Shown here piece by piece: positions 1-12,730 of a stretch of DNA of 64,000 bases (position 1 is the first letter of the stretch; each line of letters starts with the position of its first letter). This stretch comes from the human T2T-CHM13v2.0 reference genome, Homo sapiens: the NCBI RefSeq assembly GCF_009914755.1, contig NC_060944.1; one strand, given 5' to 3'. Made by a program: the position numbers and the translations under genes. Below the pieces are notes generated by a model. The model saw only the letters and a list, made by a program, of their open reading frames with translations, was not told the DNA's origin and made no database searches.

Positions 1-149
1 GGGAATGTAAAAGAAAAATTATAGGCAACTTTGCATGACATGCTTGAGTCATTTCCTGTTAATGTTTTCTTTCTCTATAAATAATATATGCAAATAAAAC
101 TAACTGAATTATTTTACAGAACCCCTGCACTTCTGAGGTTTTACACACT

Positions 150-325
150 ACTCCTCACTTCCTCCAATTCCTCTGTCCCTTAACCCCAGCCCTAGGCAAC
201 TTCGAATCTATTTCCTGACCCTAGGGATGTGCCGATTCTAAACATTTAAAATAAATGGAATGATAAAATATGTGGTTCCTTGCGACTGGCTCTTTTCACT
301 TAGCACAATGTTTTGGAAGCTCACT
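150..325 (-). mobile_element. Old L1M (L1MB/MC-like) 3' UTR fragment
   Basis: Motifs cccagccctaggcaac...aatcta, ataaatggaatgataaaatatgtgg and cttttcacttagcacaatgtttt are typical of antisense L1M 3' ends. Confidence 0.7.
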
Positions 326-869
326 AAATTTTGTTTTCATTCTGCATTTCTTTGAAATAGAAAAAAAGAAACTTAGGCTAAGGAAGATATTAAAATATTA
401 CAGAAGTACAAGTGACTCCCAAAGCTTGAGCTACATCATGCTTTTGTTTATAAATGTAGAAACACATGTGTTCCTTCTGTTTCTCTTTCAGCTGTCTTGA
501 ACCAAGTTTTTATTGGGTGTTTGGTGGGGCTTATGTGAGAACTGGATGGCCCTAGGAAAAACTGAGAAATGTATGTTTATTTTCCATGCCTCTTCTTTCC
601 AATTTTTATATCCTCCTCTTCTCCTTAGATATCCAATATTCTAATGGTACATCTTTACCCTACAGTATTACATTCTGAAAATGAATGGCAAAGTTAGTTA
701 AACCTGTTAAATAACATTTTAATTCCCATAGCGGGCTTCTATTTTCCCACCTAAAGGAGAGACTAATGGTAAACATTTCAGGAAGACGGGGAAATGGGCA
801 ACTATTTTTGGTTAAGAACAATTTTCTAGACATTTGTTGAGAGCTTGTCAGGTGTTAGGCAAGTGCCGT

Positions 870-985
870 ATCAAAGAGGTAAAGTAATGCCCAAGACACA
901 CAGCTATTAAGTGGTGAAAGCAGAATTTGAACGGTTCTTCCTGATTACAGAACCTCAGTGCTTAATTATTGTGGTATACAGCCTC
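870..985 (-). mobile_element. MIR SINE fragment
   Basis: agaggtaaagtaatgcccaagacacacagctattaagtgg...gaatttgaac resembles the MIR core in antisense. Confidence 0.7.
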
Positions 986-1371
986 CTCGATGCTTGTTAG
1001 TCACCCTATAAATTCCTCAGCCAACAACCATTCCATCTTGCCCTTCCTAAAGCAAACACAGTATGTATCATTTGATATTTATTCTGTCTTTTGGCATTCT
1101 TTCTAGAGAGGATGTTATCAATTCTGTAAGTTGTAGTTTCTGTTGGTCATTTAAAAATATGAAAGTCAACATTTTGTTTGTAAATTCCCTTTTCTACTTA
1201 CTAGAAAACTCTAGATCTGAGTTTTCAAGATGTAGTAACCTGTATCTGTATTATATTGCATGGAGAACATAACTACTATCACTAGAGAGGGTTCAGTTCT
1301 TTAATTTGATGAAAATGTCAGGCTAAAGTGGAATGAGAACTTATTCAACTTAACAAGCATCCATTGACTTT

Positions 1372-1690
1372 CTAATCAAGAAATGCTAAAGGGAGTTCTT
1401 CAACTTGAAATGTAAACAGGAACATGAAGCATGAGAAAGTATAAAACTCATTGCTAATGGTAAATATATAGACAAATGTAGAATATTCTATTAGTGTAAC
1501 AGTGGTGGGCAAATCACTTTTAATTCTAGTATACTAATTAAAAGATAAAAGTATTAAATATAGTAATGTTAAGAGATACACAATACAAGTAGATGTAAAT
1601 TGTGCCATCAATAACGAAGTGTAAAGAGGGCATAATAAGAAGTGTAGAGTTGGATGTGATTGAACTTAAGTTGTTATCAGCTTAAAATAA
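1372..1690 (+). mobile_element. L1M fragment (end of ORF1 / inter-ORF region)
   Basis: aagaaatgctaaagggagttcttcaa matches the L1 ORF1 3' end; aagttgttatcagcttaaaata matches the L1M inter-ORF region. Confidence 0.7.
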
Positions 1691-2225
1691 ACTCAACAGG
1701 GAAGACAACGGCATGGGAAACCTTTCAGTGTCTCGCTAAGTGGGTGCTAGAAAGGACTTATGGGATTTTAGCTTGTGCTGGGTGATCTTAGGAAGGGTTT
1801 AAGGAAGGAGAGCTTTGCTTTTAAGTAGAGGCTGTTGGGAAGCAATTTTATGATTTGGTACAGAGATAGTTCTATGATTGGGTATCTTCATGATCCTATT
1901 TAGAAGGCAAAAGAAATGATATGAGGCTAACACTGTTAACTGGTGAAGAATCAGCAGACATTCGTATTAGCCAGGATATAGGAGTATTTAGTCATTATGC
2001 TGGCTTGGACAGTATTTATGCTTTTATCTGTGCTTACATGTGTTTATGGAGTGGTCTTGTTTTTTTCTTGATCCATCATGGTCACAGAGTGGATTTATCT
2101 GATCTTGGTGTTCTGGGAAATTTTGTATGTGTGACAGGACAGAATAATGACATAGCTGGGGACACAAGGCCAGTTCCTCAACACCAAGGCTGGCTGGCAG
2201 GGGCTTTTTCTCTTTCTCACCATGC
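1691..2225. mobile_element. Probable ancient LTR fragment, subfamily not determined
   Basis: Composition shifts and there is LTR-like sequence (gacttatgggattttagcttgtgctgggtgat...ggaagggtttaagg); weak recognition only. Confidence 0.35.
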
Positions 2226-2814
2226 ACTCAGTTTTGCAATGTCAAGAGTTGAGGAGAACTGAGTTTTATTTTAGTCCTTCAATTTATTTGCTACTAGCTG
2301 TTTAACTTGAGAAAACTCACACAGTATCAGAGCTTTAGTTTCCTTATACCCATAAGCTTTAGCTTCCTGATAATATGTTTCCTTAAATGGGAATAATAAA
2401 AACCACCTTGATGGTTTATTGAAAGGATAAAAGAAAATGTAGGAAAATCTCCCAGCTCTTCACCTTTCAGAAAATATTCCAATTTGATAAATGATTGAGG
2501 GAAGATTGTCTCCATTTTTGTACTATTAAGATGTCATTCAATGAAATTGCGTATTTATTGAGGACTTCTGACATAGCAATCTGGGTGTCACGTGGCCGTG
2601 CGATAGTTACAGTCCCCAAGGTGGCCTTAGCCATGAGAGTGTATCATGGGTTCATACTGTGCGTTCTTCTCATATGGGAGTCTGGGGCCTACCTACTTCA
2701 TAGGAAGTGTGCCTCAAAAGTCTCATTTCTCAGATTTCTCCCTTCAGTTCTGTACTGCCCATCTCCACCACCTAAAGGTATAAATCTATGGGTTGTCATC
2801 TTTGTACCTTACAT

Positions 2815-3210
2815 GTCGGTTCTGACATTTGGATGCATATTAGAATCAACTGGAGGGTTTTAAGAAACACTGATGTCTAGATTCCACCCCCAGGGACTCT
2901 AACTCACTGATTTTGGCTGAGGGTAGTTAGTCATTGAGATTTTAAAGAGTTTTTCAGATAATTCTAACAGGCAGCAGAGTTTGACAGCCATTGCTATAAA
3001 CAGTGTTTCTCAAACTTTAATGTACTTATGAGTCATTTAGGGAATCTTGTTAAAATGCAGATTTTTTATTAAATTTAAAATGCAAAATAAAAATTCAGAT
3101 TCGTAATACATTTAAAAGTTAAAATGCAGGCCTAGGAGTCTGCATTTCTGGCCAACTCCCAGATGATGTCAGTGCTGCTGGTCCAAGGACCACACTTTGA
3201 GTAATAAGGC
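2815..3210. mobile_element. Two adjacent MER5-family (hAT-Charlie) elements, about 2815-2993 and 3001-3210
   Basis: tgcatattagaatcaactggag...gcagcagagtttgacagccattg, then cagtgtttctcaaacttt...ctcccagatgatgtcagtgctgctggtccaaggaccacactttgagta. Confidence 0.75.
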
Positions 3211-4662
3211 TAGATACATCTGTTCTCACTTAGCCTTGTAGAACAGTCTATAAAATTTGTAATGGTGTGTCAGGTGGGATCTTTTAATGGAATAAGCTAG
3301 AGGGAAGGAGGGAGGAATATAGTCATATGGACTTGCACTTCCACTGTCAAAAGAACACATTCAACAGTTGGAATTTGCTATATGTATGTTGAGGATTTGT
3401 TACTATAGGTGACAAGACTGTGTGTCTGTACCTATGAAGATCAAATTCTTATATTCCTCGTTGTAATAAGCCTCCTAAAACAACTTCAGTTTCAAAAACA
3501 GAAAATATAGTGGGGAGGGAGATGGACAAGATAAGTTTTTATATTACGTCCTATGTTTCACATTTCTACACTTCAACCTAACTATGCTGTAAAAATCCAG
3601 AGCTTGACATCCTATTCCCTGCTAAGCTCACCTAACGGGGTTTTAACCAGCAAAAGGATGCCCTCACTACCTGGATAGACATGCAAAGGAAGCACTAGTG
3701 CTGTGTGGTGTCTCCTGCTCCCTTTGTAGAGTCTTTGTGAAAGAAGTGTGGGGTAAGAGCTTTGTAATATTTAGGTGCTGTCTGTAAGAAAGGACTTGTT
3801 TTACTTTTTAATGGAACTTGGAAGGAAATATAGAGTTGTAGGTGGCTGGATCCATTTCTAGGCTTTGCCAGTCCCCATTCTTACAAAAAAGCATTGACCC
3901 ATGATGAAGAGCCTTAAGGCACTTACTTGGAGATGCACATGATGATACTAGCTGTGCCTGGGTCATCTTAAGGCCGACTGCACCTTCCTCCAGCTTAAAG
4001 AATTTATAAGATGCTTCTTTGGGCATGCCTAGGAAAAGCACAGGCCTTGATTGACCAGGTTAAATGGAGGGGCCTAAGCATTACAGATAATTATGGAAGG
4101 AGCTTTAAGGAAAATAAGCTTAGTTGGTGATAAAACAATGATAAATAGAGACTACTAGCTATAAGACGATCTGTCTCTTATGACTGAGAGTTCTAGGAGG
4201 ACCAGGTAAATTCAGACTTGATACGGTGAAAGGGATTGGATTTGGTTTTCCTAATAGATTCTGGAAATAAAATTAGTGACTTGGTCTTTTTTACTATCTC
4301 CTCATCTTAGTTCCTCTCCAGAAAGAAATAGGTGGGACAGAGATGTTAAAGAAGAAGAAACTGTGCTACAGAGAAGGTGGAAACTAAGACATAAGTGGAG
4401 ATTAGAACTTGGCTGTTTGGCCCCAGGGCTTTTCTCACTAGACTATGATGTAGTATTTCAAGACAGCATGAGTAATGGGCAATGAACATGACAAACTTAT
4501 GTTGTGCAAGGAGTAACATTTGAGAAGCTTAGGTTCCAGCTGGGCATGGCTTTACTGCCTGCTAATTTTCCCTAGCTAAAAGCACAGCAATTTGTAATAG
4601 TTGAATCAGCCCTCTAATCTGAGTCAAACATCAGTTGCTTTCTTTGTATATCTGCTCCCTAG

Positions 4663-4779
4663 GATCACAAATGCTAGCTTTCATATGGATTTCAAGCTGG
4701 GTGAAATGACTTTTTTTGCTTGTAAAGAAGAAATGATGATGGAGGTCTCATCAGGAAGTGATGCAGAAGACTGGGACAG
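4663..4779 (+). other. Candidate 117-nt internal exon of an unidentified transcript
   Basis: Branch-like ctctaat near 4612, pyrimidine-rich tract ending ctccctAG at 4662, strong donor CAG|GTGAGT at 4780. Length is divisible by 3 with one open frame. Confidence 0.35.
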
Positions 4780-5930
4780 GTGAGTAAGCACCACTGGCAG
4801 AGTTAATTCTGGCTGCCATGCAACTCCGTAGTAAGTGTCAGTAGCAAAGCTGAAGTCAAACATTGTTTACTCCTCTGCTAAGGCTCTGCAAATCAGTAAA
4901 GATACCCAAATGCACATTCCCTGCATGGTCATCAGAAACATATATTTTTTATTGACAAGGCTTAGCAGATCTTAGCCATTGACTGAAGTGTAATTTAGAT
5001 GGATGAGCTATTCTGCTGAAGAGTGCTACTAGTCTTCTCTAAGCAGTAGTGCAAAACTGCAGGGACTAGGAAAGGGCTAGATCCGTGCAAAGAAGGAAGG
5101 AAACACCTGAAGGCTCGTGATGCAAAAAGTAATTACTATGCTTAACAGGGAGTATCACCCCGCTTATTTACAGTCAGGGTAATTGAAATTTCATGTTTGG
5201 CATTTCCCAAGATTTCACAGTGCAGAATCAATCTACCAAAAGCTTTCATGTATACCATATCAATTAATCAGTCGGTATCAGCTTGGTACCTAATATACAC
5301 TCAATGGTTCAGTCAGACGGACTATATGGACACATACTGAAATCGCTATGAAAATGAAAATTAAAACTTTGGTCCTTTAAAAATAATACAAAATGCTTTT
5401 TTCAGGACCCAAAATAAAATAAGTAAAAACCAAAGAAAATGTTCTAAGGAGTTAAAATGGAATGGCAAGGCCTAATTCAATAATCATTAATCCCAGTGAG
5501 TTTTAGGCATCTTTAGAATCAGAATATGGTTTTCAAGAGAAATATTAGAAGGAAGGCTAATATTTGAAAAGTGAGATGATTGAAGTAGCCCTGGCAGAGG
5601 CAGGGATGGGACTATATCCTAGCATCTTCTCCCCTTCATCTTCACCTTCTTCTCCTATGTACTCTGTTTCCTTTAGTGCATATAGTTCAGCACCATAAGG
5701 ACCTCTTGATTCTGTGTATGACTTGCAAAGCAGTTTGGGAATGTCTATTTTGGCTTGATTCTTCCATTTAACAAATTGGTAAACTGAGACACAGACTTTG
5801 TTTAAAATGACAGGACAAGTTAACAATAGAACCAAGAACAGAGCTCAGGTCTCTAACGCCCAGCCCTGAGAGTCCACGCCCCACGCCAGGTGACTTCCCC
5901 TGAAAAAATAGACCAAGGAATAAGAAGCTA

Positions 5931-6347
<417 letters not shown>

Positions 6348-8505
6348 TCATGTACCTAATACTTCTCCTCACTCGGAAGTTGATAGAGTACATGATTGTT
6401 CTTTGATGTTGTGATTTAACATTTTCTTCCTCTGTCATCTGACTGTCCAAAGTCTCCATTTTAGATTGTAACTCTTGGATGGCTGGCAGAGTGTCTAGCC
6501 GTCTAGCAGTTTCTCTTTGTCTCATATACATTTTGGAGTCAGGGTGCTTTTTGAGCATGATGGTAATGATTCTAACCTGACATGCCATGCACTGGGTCTG
6601 ACTCATGAAGACACAGGAGCTGGGCTGTAACATTTCACCAGGTTTTGTGATGTGGGGTAAAGGAAAGAAGGGATGGGAGGATGACTACTGGAATGCAACT
6701 TTTACTCCTCTCCTACCTCATCTTGTTGATGTCACAGCCTGGAAAATGCTGTGCCTTGCATTATTTTTGAACATATAATTTGTATGCCTTTCATGTGTAT
6801 ATTGATGAAAAAAAGTTTGCGCTCCATCCTTGCACTGGAGGTTTTTTGCTATGGCCCACTGATGTTTAGCTGGGAAATGAAGTATACAAAGAACCTAATG
6901 GATTTGGGCAATTCCTTTTATAGGAGACATAAAAACAAGGTGAGTATATCTGGGCAGTAAATCCTAAAGTTTCATTTAGCCCCCTGCCACCCACTTAAAT
7001 CAATTCCTCTATCCAAACAGGCATAATTTCCTATTATTTTAGCCTTTATCTTCTCATAGTCTTTTTCATACCCATTGCCAATATCCTGATTCTTACTCAA
7101 CGCAGTAAGTCTCATAACTGGTTTCCCCATGTTTAATATTTTGAATCTAATCTATTTTTCAATTTGTTATTTGAATATTGTTATAAATACAAATTGAATT
7201 CCAAGTATGAATAAACAGAGAATATAATAAAGAATGATCTCTAATTAGAGATTCTGAATTATTATAATCTAAGCCCCTAAAGTAAACCATAGATTTAAAA
7301 TGATTTTTATAGTACTGATATTTTCTCTATTTTGTTATGTGTAAATGTAATAAAAATTTGTATTGAAAATAATAACCCAGGTTCTTATGAAGAACACATG
7401 ATGGTGAAGAAAGGACCCAACAATGATGTCATTTTTTTTTAACATTATCAACACTTTGTGGCCGTTTTAAAGCCATGTTTGCAAGTAAGTAAGTGTATGC
7501 CCCATGGACTCCATTCTTTTCCCTAAAGAGCCTGTGGACTGGGTGAGAACCTCTCATGCCATGGGGAAGAAGCCTTCTTTCATTTCTCTGTCATGCAGGA
7601 ATGAAAGATGTGAGCCTTGGACTTACAAATGAGGCTGCTCTGTGTGTGGTGGGGGGATGGGTGGTTCTCAGTGATTCTTTCATTTTTCATCAGGTCCTAG
7701 ACCTCAGTCTTCACCTCTGGCCCCAGGCCCTTTGTTCCTCTCACCTCAGTCTCAGAAATGGTCACATTCTACAGTTCTTGATGATGAGCTTTCTCTGGAG
7801 CAATGGGGGTACCTGCCAAACCCTTTCTTCTCCAATGAAACCTGTGTGTCCAAGACAAGGAAACCTCACACACTGCTTTGTGAACTAGACAAGAAGGGAA
7901 TAGGTGAGCAGACGCTGTAGCAAAGTGACTCTGCCCTGGTGTGAGATGGTGGGAAAGGGGGTAGTCTGAGCCTGGGCTTAGCTTTAACTCTGAGGGTAAG
8001 GGCCTGCACCCCAGGCATACACAGCAGTCATCTGTTCTCTCTTCTGTGTATTTACTTCTTGGAGTATGGTTGGATTTTAATGAATGTGAAAATCTGGTGA
8101 TTATTAATTTGAAGAAATCTTCGGCTTAGACCAGCAAAAGAGATGTGAGATATGAGTATTACAAATCAAAGGTTTAATGCTTAGCCTGAAGTTTTCTGTG
8201 AGAACTATGAGAACTTTGACATGTACAAAGTATCCACAGACAAAGAGGGGAAGAAGCTAAGTCCAAGTGGAGCTCTGGAAGTTTCTGTTTCTAGCCTCTG
8301 GCTGGCTTCTGTAGACAATAAGATGTGAGACATCATTTCTTTCTCCCAATGTAGGCCTTAGCTATAGAGTTCATTTACCTTATATTTATTTTTAATTTCC
8401 CACTCCATGTAGCATGCAGTGTATACATATTCTCCTCAACTTAAGATGGGGTTGCATCCTGATAAACTCATCATAAATTGAAAATGTGGTAAGTAAAAAA
8501 TGCAT

Positions 8506-8678
8506 GCTGGGTTCAGTGGCTCACACCTGTAATCTGACTTTTGGAGGCTGAGGCTGGAGGATTGCTTGAGCCCAGGAATTTGAGACTGCAATGAGCTAAC
8601 TTTGTGCCACTGCACTCCAGCCTGGGCACCAGAGAAAGGCTGTCTCTTAAAAAAATAAAAATGAAAAAAAAATTAAAA
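8506..8678 (+). mobile_element. Alu monomer (FRAM/AluJ right-arm-like) nested in MER47
   Basis: Single monomer with A-rich tail; TSD aaaaaatgcat / aaagaatgcat. Confidence 0.85.
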
Positions 8679-8806
8679 AGAATGCATTTGATGTATCATA
8701 GTCTAACCTACCTTAAACATGCTCAGAACACTTACATTAGCCTATAGCTGGGCAAAATAATCTAGCACACAGCCTATTGTATAATAAAGTGTTGGACATG
8801 TTATGT

Positions 8807-9426
8807 CAGGGGTCCCCAAGTCCTCAGGCCATGGAGGTACTGGTCCATGGCCTTTTAGGAATGGGCCACAAAACAGGAGGTGAGTGGCAGGCGAGAGAGT
8901 GAAGTTTCATCTGTATTTACAGAGGCTTCCCATAGCTCACATTACTGCCTGAGTCAGCCTTCTGTCAGATCAGCGGCTGGCAGGACTGATTTTCATCGTG
9001 GCGCAAACCGTATTGTGAACTGCACATGCCAGGGAACTCTATTAGATTCTCATAGAAGCACAAACCTTATTGTGAACTGCTCATGTGAGGAATCCAGGTT
9101 GTGCAGTCCTTATGAGAATCTAATGCCTGATGATCTGTGACTGTCTCCCCTAAAATAAATCATAGATTTAAAATGGTGGAACCATCTGGTTGCAGGAAAA
9201 CAAGACCAGGGCTCCCACTGATTCTACATTATGATGAATTATATAATTATATCATTACATATTATTTTACAATGTAACAATAATAGAAATAAAGTGCACA
9301 ATAAATGTAATGTGCTTGGATCATACCCCAAACTACCCCCCGCCCCCCCCATCACGCCCCCTGGTTCATGGAAAAGTTGTCTTCTACAAAACCTGTCCCT
9401 GGTGTCAGAAAGGTTGGGGCCTGCTG
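8807..9426. mobile_element. MER1A (hAT-Charlie3 derivative), complete, nested in MER47
   Basis: TIRs caggggtccccaa and ttggggcctgctg; 8-bp TSD tgttatgt (8799-8806) / tcttatgt (9427-9434). Confidence 0.9.
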
Positions 9427-9939
9427 TCTTATGTAATTTATTGAGTACTCTGCTGAAAATGAAAGACAGATTGGTTGTATGGGCATAATTGTGAAGTTGA
9501 AAAATCATAAGTCAAATCATCGTAAGGTGGGGGCCGTCTGCATTCTGGTAGAAATAAGTAAATGCTAATTATACTTGACTTTTCAGAGGGGGCTGGCATG
9601 AGAGAAAAAGCAAAAGAGAAAGAGAGACAGGAGTTAATATAATACCTGTTATTTGAACAAACTAATTTATCATAAGAAATAGTAATTAAGGTAAAATGGA
9701 ACAAAGTTACTCAACTTCAAAAAAAACAGTTTTAATTACAGGTATTAGTTCCTAAAATTATCCTATCAGAAAAAAAAACAGATATGAAAAATGTGAAGTG
9801 TTTGGAGTTTTAGAGTTTTCATTAATTTTAAGCTAATATTTTAATTTGAGAATCCATTGACTACCTACCACAAAATATTAAAAGAATATCCTACTGATAC
9901 TTCCTCTGATTCCATTTCCCTTCATCATCTAAATTCTTG

Positions 9940-10401
9940 TGAATTATATTTTAGAGTCAAGGTTTTGAACACTAATATTCTCCTCTTTATAAATTCTCAT
10001 TCTACTTTTTTTTGTTTGTTTGGTTTTTGTTCCTATGCGTTAACTTCCTAGGCTGTAAATTTGGTTTGGAATGGTACAAATCTCATATGGAAGTTTGTAA
10101 GGGTAAAATCAATTATTCTCTATAAATCACTCACAACAGTACCTGGCACTGTTAGCCATTTTTACTTTTTTGAATTATATTTTAGAGTCAAGGTTTTGAA
10201 CACTAATATTCTCCTCTTTATAAATTCTCATTCTACTTTTTTTTGTTTGTTTGGTTTTTGTTCCTATGTGCTAACTTCCTAGGCTGTAAATTTGGTTTGG
10301 AATGGTACAAATCTCATATGGAAGTTTGTAAGGGTAAAATCAATTATTCTCTATAAATCACTCACAACAGTAGCTGGCACTGTTAGCCATTTTTACTTTT
10401 T
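9940..10401. repeat. Tandem duplication, 2 x 231 bp
   Basis: 9940-10170 and 10171-10401 are identical except for 3 substitutions. Confidence 0.97.
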
Positions 10402-10764
10402 CTGGTATAAATTACCAAACTCATATGTAAGGCGTGGCCAAGTGCTACGGTGAAATCATCATCAGAGCCACTTCACTCTCAAATTTTATATTTTTGAACT
10501 TAAATGTCTCTCTTTCCAAGTTAGCACTCATCTTTCTCTTTCTTAATAAAGTCTGTTTGAACTCACTATGATCCTTTAGAAAACCAGCTATGGTTCCAGG
10601 CCATTGTGGGTGACCTACATTCCTTTGTTTAATTGAGCAGATATTGATGGACTCATACTCTGTTGAACATATATGCTATCTGCCCCATATTTTGTAATTT
10701 TCTTTATTATATCAAAAGCCACAGCCACCTCTTTTTGATTGAGATGAGTGTTTCTGATTTACAT

Positions 10765-11040
10765 TTTCATTCATTTATTTATTCAACAATCTCTTATTAG
10801 GCATCTACTATGTACAAAAAATCACTTTTAAAACACTGTAGGAACTGTAATGAAGAATAAAATTTTGTCTTGTTCTTCGAGGATCTTATGAAAAGAGTGG
10901 ACAAGGTAGTTTTGTAAACAACCCACTGGAATGCAAGGCAGAATGAAATATTGTAGCTTTCTCAGGAAGATAGAAACTCTAAGTGTTGTTGAAACTAAAA
11001 GGAGCAATCTGGGAGAAGATAGAACCAGGAATTAGAGAGA
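10765..11040 (-). mobile_element. L2 3' end fragment
   Basis: ttcattcatttatttattcaacaa...ttattaggcatctactatgt is the typical L2 tail in antisense. Confidence 0.6.
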
Positions 11041-12730
11041 CATTTGGGAACAGACCCAGATCCAGTAACGGGGATCATCAGCCAGGCATATTGTAACACA
11101 TTCTATGGCTATACTCAGTGAAGACTCAAAATACACATGGAATGAGCTGAACACAAAAGGAAGGTCATTATATGGCACTTCATGCATGCAAAGTATCTTC
11201 TCACATCAATGAATGCAGCAATTACTTCTTTAAGAGAGTTCTCCACAGAACTGAGGTTGGCTTCAGATCTCCATGTACTGGAAATTCAGTATGGGCCTCA
11301 ACAGGGAGCCAAGATGATGTCTTGATTGTAGGGTCCAAGTGGAAGATCAACCGTTAAACCTGAAACAGCAAATTCTACCTAAAATTTAATTCCAAGAGTT
11401 TTATAGAGTACTTTATATTCCCATGAAGCCTCCAGAATCTGGAGCAAGACTAGCTGGCAGCTCAGGAGGAGGCAGCCTCAGCTAGCAAAAGAAAGCGTGT
11501 TGGAGGGTTGGGGCCCAGGAGAGTCAATATAATGAATCTCTTTGCTTGTTTCCAGTTCCCTGTCTATTAGCTCCTATATTCACTGTCTGGCAGGTAGGTT
11601 GTACTTTTGGATTAAGTTCTTCTTTTGAACCTTATCTGAATTCTGTTTGCTCAGGTTTCCAAATTGCTCTGGGTGACATCTGCTTGTCACCAGTAAAACC
11701 AAAAGGACAGCAGGGTGGATTGCCTTGCACAGGGCAGGCAGGTAATTGCAGCTTTAATTTTGTTTCGTTTTTGGAAGGATCCAGGTGTCCAACCTCTTTA
11801 TCGCACAAAAGAACCTTAATAAATGTGGGAGTGTTGGCAGACAAGATGGCCCAGTGGGCAGTCTGCCCATCAGATGTGTTGGCCTTCTGCTATTGAAATA
11901 GTACTTCCCATGGAAGCATCACACATTAGGAATTCTCTGCGGGTCCAAGCACCCCAACAGCTTCCAAGCTAGGAGCACAATTAGAGACATGGAGACTTCT
12001 AAGCAGCCAAGAGATACATTTCACCCTGGAAATTCAGACCTCAGCAGAGAATACTCAGGCCGTGTGAACATAAATCATTCCCCTGAAAAGTCTTTCTTCT
12101 TGGGAAACAAAATTCCCCAGAGTTGGAATCTGTTGGATCGTTGGTAGGTGTGTCTCTGACTTTGAAGAACTGACCACTTTAGAAATCATGCAAATGTCGA
12201 ATAAAAGCTGGGTTATCTAGAATCTGGCCTTAACTGTCTTCCCTTTCAAAACTGAGCTGCTTTGCTGCACACATGCACAAATTGGAGTCAGATGTGGGAA
12301 AAGCAGGGCTCAATCAAAAGTGGAATAGGCCAAGGCTTGGATTTAGCCTGAGCAGCCATCATGGGAGGCTGTCTGGGGAGGTTCCACAAGATGAGGAAGG
12401 AAGTCAGTGAGAATCAGGGGCAACTGGCAGTAGGCAAAGGCTGAGGCCTCAGAAGGTGGGCAGAGACCAGAAAACGGAAAGGTGATAGGTCTACTGTCCA
12501 CAAGGGCTGGAGTCTGTTGTAGAACTATAATTCCTAGAAACACTAGGGGATGGTGTTGGAGGCACCAACCAACCCTAGGGCTCAGAGATGGGGGCTAGAG
12601 AAAGTTCCATTTACTAAAATTGTGGAATAAGGGTAACCAGGTGTATGTCAGGTAGTGTTTTTTTTTTTTAACAAGAAAGAACTGCTAAAAAAAAAAAGAC
12701 ATCTTAAACTTAGAGTATGCAGCTAGCTAG

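Larger units (their letters stand above)
8426..9540. mobile_element. MER47A-like TcMar-Tigger MITE interrupted by an Alu monomer and MER1A
   Basis: Ends catattctcctcaacttaagatgggg and catcgtaaggtgggggccgtctg, TA on the left flank, internal ccttaaacatgctcagaacacttacattagcc. Confidence 0.8.

Noticed and set aside
11632-11844. LLCDKEVGH as a gag zinc knuckle or retroviral relic
   Set aside because: The CCHC spacing is incomplete and no other gag or pol motifs are visible.
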